A DNA stretch of 64,000 bases, taken from Eledone cirrhosa (lineage: Eukaryota). The position numbers and the translations under genes were made by a program. A model generated the notes under the pieces. It searched no databases. It was not told where the DNA came from and was given only the letters and a program-made list of their open reading frames with translations. The stretch's first letter is position 1; each line of letters begins with the position of its first letter. This document shows positions 53,704-64,000 of this stretch, in pieces. The stretch lies in the NCBI GenBank assembly GCA_964016885.1, contig OZ024740.1:51522001-51586000 (forward strand), in the 5' to 3' direction.

Positions 53704-55338
53704 CTCCTCCATAGTTTTTGGATTTAGATTTTCCCCAAGATGTTTAGGTTATGTCTATGCCTGATACTGTATATCACCCGTGACTTACTCAATGTCGACG
53801 AAATAAAACCAAAATTCAATGTTCTAACACAAATTTAATTCAAATTATAATACAAACATAAATCCCCACCAACCAAATCTGAAATGTAAAAATATCAAAT
53901 TAAGTAAAACAAATTAAATAGTGTGAACTTGAAAACATGTGATCATCATGTATGCAACTTTTTCATAACTATACAAATATCGCTGTGGCCCCTTAAAAAT
54001 GTTGTGACTATATTTGTGCATCACTTGGATAAAGAACTGCTACTATTGAGACTACTGCTTACTGCAATGACAAACAATAAATAATACAATACATAATATA
54101 ATAGAATAAAGGGATACTACAGAAACTGTGTGGACAACTTTCATCTGTTCTTGGATGGTAGGCTAAATTCATCACTTAGTTCAACATCACCACTTGGTTA
54201 TTTGGGAACATTAGTCCACTCTGTAGTATATATTTAGACTATGTTTCTGGACTGGGAATAACTCAATATCATGATGCACTGCTTCCTACTACAGTAATCT
54301 ATGAGTTATGAATTCTTCTCCCACTATCAGTCTGTAAATCCCCGCAAAAAATTAGTATTCCAACATATCTTGTGAAACATCTCCCATATCACATTGTCAC
54401 CACCTCTAAATGTATTTATCAGTTGTAGACAATATTCATTGAATTATTCATATGATCTTCCAAGAAATATATTATTTCCATCTGAAGGGAGAAGAAAATT
54501 TTGATTCATCTAAGAAGATAATTTTTGAAAGAAATTGTACATTTTCTGCCTTTTGCTGACAGAAGTCCATGTCCCTACCAACACCTCTTTCTGTTTTAAA
54601 CTGTACAATTCACGGAAACAAACTCTAGATATTTTAAGTGCCACTTGTTATATTTTTCTGTTTATTTTAGGAAAATCATCCTGCTAAATGAAGATATGTT
54701 GCTTCCTTCATATCTTTTTCCTATTTTGTGAAACTTCCCTCCTTTTATCTTTTCTTCATTAGATCCATTTTTTGTGGATGCTGACCCACTTTCTTGACTT
54801 TGATGGCCTTAATAAAAATGGGGATCTTTCAATACAAGTAAATAATATGACTGACACTAAAATGAAACAAGTGATTTGTAAACATTTTTTATGACAAAAT
54901 CCAGAAACTAAAAGAAAATGATAACATAAGACAATAATGTGGAATCTAATAAATAACTTTAATAAAATACATTTTATTGTAGGTTAAAGAACCGATGCAT
55001 TGCTCGATATTTATATTTCCCATTACTCCATATACCTTTTATGGTATTTTAGTGCAACATTTTATCATTGGCATCAACAAAATGGAATTGTAGTTAATGG
55101 AGAAATGTTTCTGAAGTTGGTGATAAGCATGCTAGCCACCAGTTATAGGAAAACACATGATCAAAATTAATCAGCAATGAAGACAATTTCTTTCAGTTTC
55201 ATTTTATTGCTAGATTTTTATAGGTGACTAGCTAAGGTACCTGGCTTCGCCCGGGAGAACAGTTAAGAGAAGATGGATAAAAGAGAAAACGACTGTATTG
55301 GATGTGTTGTCTGGTTTACAGTATGAGGTGAGACCATA

Positions 55339-55484
<146 letters not shown>

Positions 55485-55717
55485 AAAAAAAAACAATCAT
55501 AAAACTTCCTTATTAGGCTGGGTGAGTAAACTGCCGATTAAATGGTAGCATTGGCTCTTGATTTTAAATGTTGTGAAATAACCATAGTCAGTATGATCTT
55601 TTTCAGCTCCAAATGATGTCATCTGAAATGCAGCAATACACTGCATGCCATTGTTACTGAAGTGTTTAGCTTCCTTAGTATGGTCTGTAACTATTTGTTC
55701 AATACTGACTTTGAGGA

Positions 55718-55760
55718 ACAATCAACATGTTTCTGGGTCATTACCCTTCATCAGGACTGT
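55718..55760 (-). ncRNA. Minimal type I hammerhead ribozyme candidate
   Basis: ACAGTC-CTGATGA-A-GGGT(AATG)ACCC-A-GAAA-CATG-TT-GATTGT. Confidence 0.65.
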
Positions 55761-56516
55761 ATATCTCTGCTAATCTGTTGAACGATTGAAAATATATAGT
55801 ATTTTCTTAAGTACACATCGACTGAGTAGCCTCATTTACATACTGAGCGAGTTATGACTGGCCTTTCCGAATATTAAAAACAGAATTAGAATTTTATTTT
55901 TCGCACTAGCACAGCTGATACATAAATGTAAGTATGTACACACACATATATATATATACATACATACACATATATACATATACATATGTACGCTTTATAA
56001 AAGCTAACGCAATATTGTTAAACATTCAACTGATAATTTGATCTATAGTTTAAGCCAATTCTAGATTTTTGTGGGACGTCACTTTCTCTCTCTCTGAATA
56101 TCTAACACTTTAATTGTATCTCTCTCTGTATAACAGCCTCTTTCTCTCTCTGCCTCTCCTTCTGTGTCTCTCTCTCTGCCTCTCCTTCTGTGTCTCTCTC
56201 TCTTTAGATGTGTGTGTGTTCATTATGTCAGTCGTCACAGAAATGTATATATACTCACTCACACATACACTTACACACATATACCTGTCAGTCATCACAT
56301 ATGTATATGTATGTGTAGATGTGTGTGTGTGTGTGTTTAATTCTCTGTGTGCGAAGATAATGTGTATGCAACTTACTAAGGCCTAACATATGTAACGAAC
56401 GCACAAACACACACACTCAGAGACACATGCACACTCATATACAAAATGTGACATCGTCGTCGTGGTGTTATGAAATGTCATTTACTATAGTTGACTATAG
56501 AAAAATTATTTTAGAT

Positions 56517-58256
56517 TATAGCAGAAAAATATTATTATGCCATGTTGGCATAATATTAATAAGAAAGTTTATTAATGCTTTCTTGGCATAATAAGAATAA
56601 GAGGTGTTATGTGATATGATGGTTGTACACGAGGTATTGAAGTATGAATAAATGTAGTTGTTGCGTGTTGTTTTTAGAACACAAGGAGTTGTTAGGCTAT
56701 TTGTTATGGCTAGAAATGTAACGTATATTATGTGTGAGAGAAGTGAATGTTTGTTGAAGTAGTTGTAAGTCTTCGATAACATTTTTACATGCTTTTATTT
56801 ACATACTAAATACAAAGAGTTGAGTTGAGTTGAGATAACATGTCAAACAAACAGTATCAAACAAAATTAAGAGTTTTAAGCAGAGGAAGGCATGGTCTGC
56901 TGGCCGAGGTGCTGGCCAGGCTGAAGTTATGTTGTTGTTACATATTGGCTAGTGGTTTACCTTTCCACGATTAAAGCAGCAAGAGAGAGCATATACAAAA
57001 GAAGCGGGAAAATCTTTGTTTGGGTGGAAATTGAAATATATATCTGTGCGCGGCTTATGATTGGCCTAACTTAGCCAAATCACGCACAAATAGCTTATTA
57101 ATACGCCAAGAAAGTAGCTTTGCTACAATACCCCCTGTTTAGACCAGAAGGGTGAAAAATAAGAAAAAAGTGAATTCGGACATGTCACCAGTGTGAAAAC
57201 GCTGAAAAAGAGCACATCAATAAAAAAAATGAATGAATGAATGCAAGAAGAAAATTGTGAATGAGGCGCCAAGGGGCCAGTGTTATGTATGCCGCTGTGT
57301 CAAATGACTGGCTGTTTGCTATTTATAACATGACCACCCAGGGTCTAATAGAAAACAAATAAATTCTGACATGGGCGAAAAATGTGCAAAATGTTTTTAA
57401 AGTTGTTGTTCTTGCATTAATTGTTATAAAAGTTGTTGTTGGCGGTGGCGGTAAAAGTATGAAACTACCACTTCTGTTATGTTGCTGTGAAATCGCCGTT
57501 GGTGTTGTAGCTGTAGTTGTTGTGGTAAATGTTTTACCAGTAGCTGTTGTCAATGATGATGCTGTTCATGGTAAGTGGTTTACTAGAACTGTTGTGGTAG
57601 TCGTTGGTGATGTAATTGTAGCTGTGATACTGCTATCCGTAGAGGTGGTAGTTGCAGCAGTATAAGTATAAAGCTGTCACTATGTTGGCGTTGTCGCTGT
57701 TGTAAATGCTGCTGTTGCTGTTGGTGTAGTGGTTCACGATAGCAGCTGCTGGTGTAGTGGTTTACGATAGCAAATGCTGGTGGTGCTACGGTAGCCATTT
57801 TGAAAAAAAGTTTTCTCGTGCTGTAATTTTTTGAAATACTGCTAATAATTTTTTATATTTTAAAGGAATATTTCCTACGTCTGGTTCACCAATTTATTGC
57901 AGAAAAATAATATTATGCCACGTTGGCATAATATTAATAAGAAAGTTTATTATGCTGCGTTGGCATAATAAGAATAAGAGGTATTGTGTTATAGAAGATA
58001 GTACATGAGGTATTAAAGTATCAATAAATGTACTTGTTGCATGTTATTTTTGGCTAGTGGTCGAACGGCAAAAGAAAAATGGTATTTACCTTTCCATGAT
58101 TAAAGCAGCAAGAGAGAGTATATACATAAGAAGCGGGAAAATCTTTGTTTGGGCGCAAATTGAAATATATATCTGTGTGCAGCTTACGATTGGCCTAACT
58201 TAGCCAAATCACGCACGAATAGCTTATTAATATGCCAAGCAAGTAGCTTCGCTACA
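56517..58256 (-). mobile_element. Small non-autonomous LTR retrotransposon (Gypsy-type TRIM-like)
   Basis: Direct repeats 57895..58256 and 56517..57127 starting TGTAGC; PBS TGGTGAACCAGACGT (tRNA-Trp-like, 57877..57891); PPT AGGGGG; AGAT TSD. Confidence 0.85.
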
Positions 58257-58747
58257 AGATAAAGTTTTATATTGCTTTAATCCAAATGAAAATAAAAATT
58301 ATATGTTAATCCCGAGGTCTAATACCTTGTGAAATTTGAGAATGCATAAGGAAACAGACAGACAGACTGAGAAACAAAGAATTTTATATATACATAGAGA
58401 TTATTAACTCCTTTCAGTTTGGCTTCATTGACTTACTGTTGGTCATATTATATACCTATATCAAAGTATTGCCAAGGGGCTCATATAACTTGTGAAATTA
58501 GATCCACAAGAGCCTTTCCATAGTTTAGAATGTGAATTGAAATGACTAGTTTAATTGTTTTATAAGCAATTCATTTGAATTCACTCTCTTCTTCCCAAAC
58601 TATCAATGATAGTAACAGCATGTTTGAATATCTGATAATTCATTTTATTTGGCAGACATCAAAAAAATAAAAGAACAAAATAAAATAACCATGTTAAGCC
58701 ACAATCTTGTCTTTTTAGAATAATAGAGATTAAGTTACAAAGTTTGT

Positions 58748-58971
58748 TCAAATATTTGCTGAATAAATAGAATCAGTGGCAATAGCAGCAGCAGCAGCAG
58801 CAGCAGTTAGAAACACCAAGAAATTGTGTTTGTTCCAGGTAAACATTGAAGCTGGTGATTTACTGTCAGCGTCTGGGAAAATGGTGATGTCAGCACAACC
58901 ATAGAATTGTTCTTGATTACCACATCCTATACAGCCAACTTTGGTAATGGGATCAATACCCCAACTATTAC
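58748..58971 (-). CDS. AA15-type lytic polysaccharide monooxygenase (chitin-binding type-4 domain), last coding exon
   Basis: ccaacag|; GNSWGIDPITKVGCIGCGNQEQFYGCADITI..hydrophobic tail, TGA at 58748-50; phase matches the upstream exon. Confidence 0.9.
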
Positions 58972-58999
58972 CTGTTGGAAAATAGAAATATTCATTATC

Positions 59000-59375
59000 A
59001 AGGTTGTGAGTTCAATTCTCGGACCGGGTGATGTATTGTTTCCTTGAGCAAGACACTTTATTTCACATTGCTCCAGTTTACTCAGCTGTAGAAATGAGAT
59101 GATAGGACTGGAGTCCCTATCATTCTACTGCAAAGTGGTTGTGGAGGTGCCACGGCAAAAAAAAAAGCATCCAGCCCACACTAAAGTGGTCGTGTAGGCA
59201 CCACGGAAAAAAAAGCACCCAGCACTTACTGTAAATGATGTTGGTGTTAGGAAGGGCATCCAGCTGTAGAAATCAAGCCAGAATCAGTTCCCGTATGAGC
59301 AAGACAAGGTCAGCCGACCGGACACTGCCCACAACAGGACAACCCGTCTAACGTGGAAGAACGTATGTAAAATGG

Positions 59376-59405
<30 letters not shown>
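59000..59405 (+). mobile_element. CORE-type SINE with RTE tail, 5'-truncated
   Basis: Matches 9370..9660 and the RTE-A 3' UTR. Confidence 0.85.
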
Positions 59406-59406
<1 letters not shown>

Positions 59407-61707
59407 CTAAAAGTATCAGTATTTATTTTAATGAAAAGGGTGGTCTAACTGGAATTTCTAGTATAACTTTAGTGGGTAGGAAATGAGAGGGAGAAATGTA
59501 TAATCATTTGATTGAATATATATATGAGTGATTCAATACATGTTGCCATGAAGACTTGGTTGTTTGGTTGAAATTGAAGTATATAAATTTAAGACATAAC
59601 TCAAAACCTTATTTATTCCAATCAATATAACTCTTGTGGCTAGATAAGTGTGTGTGTATGTGGGAGGTATTAATAAGTACAAATCCAGTAGTTCAGATTT
59701 CAGAATTGAAATTGTATCTCAATAAACAAGAAAAGTTTCAGGACTAATCTAAAAAATGAAAATAAAACACATTGTTGTATTTAACCAGAGAGGGTACAGA
59801 TATAAAAGAACAATTATTAGTTGTTACTTAACTCTGACTGAACAGACGACCTACTTATGATTGAAGGCATTTGTAGAAGCTCCATTGTTTACTAATTAAG
59901 TATTCTGTTTATTTTTACAGTTTATTGTGGATGCAGCATGGCCAAATCGTTAAGTTCACTTCCCAATCATTAGGTCCTGGGTTCAATCTTACTTCATGGT
60001 ATTTCAGGCAAGCACTGTTTATCAAAGTCTCAGGTTAACCTAAGGCTTGTGAGTAAAATTGAGTAGATTGAAACTATTGGGAGCCTGTCAGATGGACTGT
60101 TCTTGTAATTTAAAGGGTCAGTCTTGTCACACACTGCATCACATCTCTTTGGAATACTCAACCACTTACATGATCATTTCATGAGCAGGCTGTTAATTAA
60201 ACAAATGGAAGACTCATCACTGAAATCAACAGTAGTCCATTCCATTCCACTGTTTAATCAAAGATGAAAAGAGAATGTCCACACCAGAGATTGGTGGGAA
60301 AAAGAGAGGAAGTCATTTTCTGATGGAAGACCTGATTTGAAAGCTTGTAATAGAGTGGTCTTCATTAAAGATGTCCAAGCAGTTTAGCTTTCTGGCTAAA
60401 ATTTGTCTTCAAATTATCAGAGGGAAGGAGATGACAGTGATACATCAAATCTGCCTTTTTATACCTTCTGGCATAAGAAAATGTCAGGGATTATGGGAGT
60501 GGGAATTGTGACATTCAAGCAGTGCCAGATGAAAAATTGGTGAAGCCCTAAGCTATGTAAAATTCAGAACCTCCACATTAAAACTTTACATTAGAAGGTA
60601 TCACAAAAAGTGAAAACATATGCTTTTTGATTATTTTGCTTAATAGTTAATTTAGGATTGGATTCTGGCCTTTCCAAAAGGTTTTAGACAAACCAAACCT
60701 CAGTCACTGACAAATGAATTGGAGGAAGCCTCTACATGATCACTTCACTTGATAGAAATAATAGCCAAATATTCATCATATCACACTATAATATTTTATT
60801 TTAAAGACACATTGGATAATGTAGCCAAAGACATACTATGACCGAAAAAAAAAAGTTGAGACGTTGAGATCACGGCTAATCTATGGTTAAAGAAACAACT
60901 TCTGCTGCCACTGATGTGATATCTCCATTTCAATGAATTTGTTCTTAAATTATTACAAAGGAAAATAAGTACGAAGTGGATTTAATTGAATAAATTTAAC
61001 AGATACCAATAAAGATGTTCACTGTAACAATAATGTGTTGTCTATTGCAGGAGATCAGCAGAATCATTAGAACATCAGACAAGATACTTTGTGGTACTTA
61101 GCTACGACCATTTCTGTCATCAGTTCAAATCCCACCTAGGCTTTAATGCTTCTGTGGTTGGATAAGATAACAATCTAGTACTGGGATTGATATAATCAAA
61201 TGTTGTTCCCTCCATCCATCAAATTTCTTCCCTATTAGGAATGATTGTTTTCTGTCTTTTGGAACTGACCAGTGCCACGGTCAGTGGTCTTTTCCTTTTT
61301 TGGTCCTTGTCGCAATCAAAGTTTCATTTTTCATTCAACTAAATACCAAAAGTACTTTGTCCAATGCTCTAACAACTCTACCAACCTACTACAATAGACA
61401 ATGTATTGTTGTCACAGTGAACATTTTGATTGGAATCTGTTAAAACTGTTCAATTAAATATAGATAATTGATATGTATGAAAACCACTCAAGGTGGCTGA
61501 AATCAATCCTGGATAGAATCATTCTTATCCCATCTTAACTGTTAATCACTTCTTTTGCAGAGGGGTAAACTGTGATTATGTCTATTAATTTGATGAGTGA
61601 TGTCACTCCTGATTTTTCAGAAATGACAGATATATGCCATTCCCATGATAAAACATTTCATTAAATTTTTTTTAAATAAAAAAAAAAAAAAAAATCAGTT
61701 AACTTAC

Positions 61708-62089
61708 CAGCATTGTATTTCCAACGAAATACACAATATGGGCAAGAAAGGCCTTTAGGTAACGTAATGTTTACTTTCACCAACATTGAGCCCCAGGCAC
61801 CACGAATAGGGAATTTGTATTTATCTTTTATTCCAACTATTTTCAAGGGATGGGACTCGAAGCATTCTAGAGGTTCTGGGTCAGAATATTTTTTTTTGGG
61901 ACATATTGTAAACATGAACCAGCCTTTATGATTTGCTGTCAGTTGAACTTGTGCTTCCATCTGTTGGCCTTCTGTGTAATTTCTAACAATAATTCCTGTA
62001 GCGTATTTTCCAGTTACTTCATTGTCTCGCTGTTTGTTGTATGGATCACCACACACACCACATTTACCTCCATTTATGTCATACTGTAC
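61708..62089 (-). CDS. AA15-type LPMO internal exon
   Basis: actcag| and |gtaagt, 382 nt; NGGKCGVCGDPY..GKYATGIIVRNY..LTANHKGWFMF.IC..LPKGLSCPYCVFRWKYNAG; signal peptide and His1 exon not seen in the window. Confidence 0.93.
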
Positions 62090-62769
62090 CTGAGTAAACA
62101 AAAAAAGAAAAATGTAATGAGGTTTGAAATGGCCTTTGAGACAGGTAGTGAAAAGGAAGTAGACTCTGTTAAAGGCCCACAAGAACTGAGTGTTAGTGTT
62201 AAACTAAGAAATAGATTAATTCTACTAACTGAGAGTAGAAACGATCTCTCCAGGATTCTGTCTACAAAATGTTACTCCTGTTTGTTTTGGTCAACATAAG
62301 ACACTTGGCCTAGGTGTTATATAACACAAAACTAAGTAGTTATGAAACAAAGTGGAGAAATAACAAAAGCTAGAGAAAAGAACAAGAATAAATATCTTGT
62401 ACTCATTATTTCTTTCTTCATTCTGAAAGTTCTGATTAAGAAATCTATCCTGGGATTATCTTTGCTTTTCAATGTATCATATTGGGTTTTGAGGTTGCCA
62501 ATAAAATAAACACCTCTCCAAATAAAATTTCAGTTATTATTCAGACCCAGGTCAACTTAGATCAATTAAAGAAGTCCAGCCACAACAACTCCATCTCTTT
62601 ATGATTATATAGAGGATTACAATTTAATATATCCTTCCAAAGTTTTTTAAACGATGTTATAGTTTGATTCAAGGAATACTTAGCTGCTATTTCTAGCAAG
62701 TAGAGCAACTACGTATAGGCTTTCTAGTTTGCTTAATAATATGTGGGTGAAACATGCAAACCATTGGTT

Positions 62770-64000
62770 TGTGTGTAACCAATGGTGTCGTGTGTAACCA
62801 ATGGTATTGTGTGTAACCAATGGTGTCGTGTGTAACCAATGGTATTGTGTGTAAACAATGGTATTGTGTGTAACCAATGGTGTCGTGTGTAACCAATGGT
62901 GTCGTGTGTAACCAATGGTGTCGTGTGTAAGCAATGGTATTGTGTGTATCCAATGGTACTGTGTGTAACCAATGGTATTGTGTGTAACCAATGGTGTTGT
63001 GTGTAAACAATGGTGTTGTGTGTAACCAATGGTATGGTGTAACCAATGGTGTCGTGTGTAACCAATGGTATTGTGTGTAACCAATTGTAGTGTGTGTAAC
63101 CAATGGCATTGTGTGTAACCAATGGTATTGTGCGTAACCAATGGTATTGTGTGTAACCAATGGTATTGTGTGTAACCAGTGGTATTGCGTATAACCAATG
63201 GTGTCGTGTGTGACCAATGGTGTTGTGTGTAACCAATGGTGTTGTATGTAACCAATGGTGTTGTGTGTAACCATTGGTATTGTGTGTAACCAATGGTATT
63301 GTGTGTAACCAATGGTGTTGTGTGTAACCAATGGTATTGTGTGTAACCAATGGTGTTGTGTGTAACCAATGGTGTTGTGTGTAACCAATGGTATTGTGTG
63401 TAACCAATGGTGTTTGTGTAACAGATGGTGTTGCGTGTAACCAATGGTGACATGTGTAACCAATGGTGTCGTGTGTAACCAATGGTGTTGTGTGTAACCA
63501 ATGGTGTCGTGTGTAACCAATGGTGTCGTGTGTAACCAATGGTGTCGTGTGTAACCAATGTTGTTGTGTGTAACCAATGATGTTGTGTGTAACCAATGAT
63601 ATTGTGTGTGACCAATGGTATCATGTGTAACCAATGGTGTCGTGTGTAACCAATGGTGTTGTGTGTAACCAATGGTGTCGTGTGTAACCAATGGTGTCGT
63701 GTGTAACCAATGGTGTCGTGTGTAACCAATGGTGTCGTGTGTAACCAATGATGATGTGTGTAACCAATGATATTGTGTGTGACCAATGGTATCATGTGTA
63801 ACCAATGGTGTTGTGTGTAACCAATGGTGTCATGTGTAACCAATGGTGTCGTGTGTAACCAATGGTGTTGTGTGTAACCAATGGTGTTGTGTGTAACTAA
63901 TGGTATTGTGTGTAACCAATGGTGTCGTGTGTAACCAATGGTGTTGTGTGCAACCAATGGTGTCGTGTGTAACCAATGGTGTTGTGTGTAACCAATGGTG
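62770..64000. repeat. 19-bp minisatellite (TGTGTAACCAATGGTRTYG)n running to the window end
   Basis: More than 60 tandem units; translated frames repeat every 19 aa. Confidence 0.97.

Noticed and set aside
54300-54495. Possible extra minus-strand exon (cttctcccttcag|ATGG)
   Set aside because: Early stop codons and no recognisable protein similarity
59545-59585. ATGAAGA..GAAA hammerhead-like motif
   Set aside because: C3 is missing and helices II and III do not pair
62680-63957. His-rich ORFs of 287-425 aa as a metal-binding or beak protein
   Set aside because: The unit is 19 nt, not a multiple of 3; all three frames give the same permuted peptide, so the ORFs are a by-product of the repeat
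62770-64000. CRISPR-like array
   Set aside because: Repeats are contiguous with no unique spacers, the context is eukaryotic and no cas genes are present

Overview
Eukaryotic, AT-rich, repeat-dense genomic DNA, very probably an octopus or other cephalopod (inferred from the RTE LINE/SINE repertoire and the genes, not proven). Two convergent intron-containing genes are present. On + are the last 10 coding exons of vitamin K-dependent gamma-glutamyl carboxylase (GGCX, 8157..34286). On - are the last two coding exons of an AA15-type lytic polysaccharide monooxygenase (58748..62089). Introns and the ~24 kb spacer hold RTE, CR1, Tx1/L1, CRE and Penelope retroelements, hAT, pogo and piggyBac-like DNA elements, Helitrons, two SINE families, a small non-coding LTR element and a 19-bp minisatellite. 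The most notable item is a 954-bp fold-back element (48325..49278) built as LTR + tRNA-Trp primer-binding site + inverted LTR with TGT..ACA ends and a 4-bp TSD. It resembles integrated, self-primed plus-strand strong-stop DNA, a possible route from LTR element to Ginger-like TIR element. Also notable are four Penelope-type hammerhead ribozyme candidates (one with an 82-nt helix II), a PHD finger inside RTE ORF2, and inverted repeats bracketing GGCX exons. All calls come from reading the sequence by eye; no database searches were run, and human GGCX comparisons are from memory.
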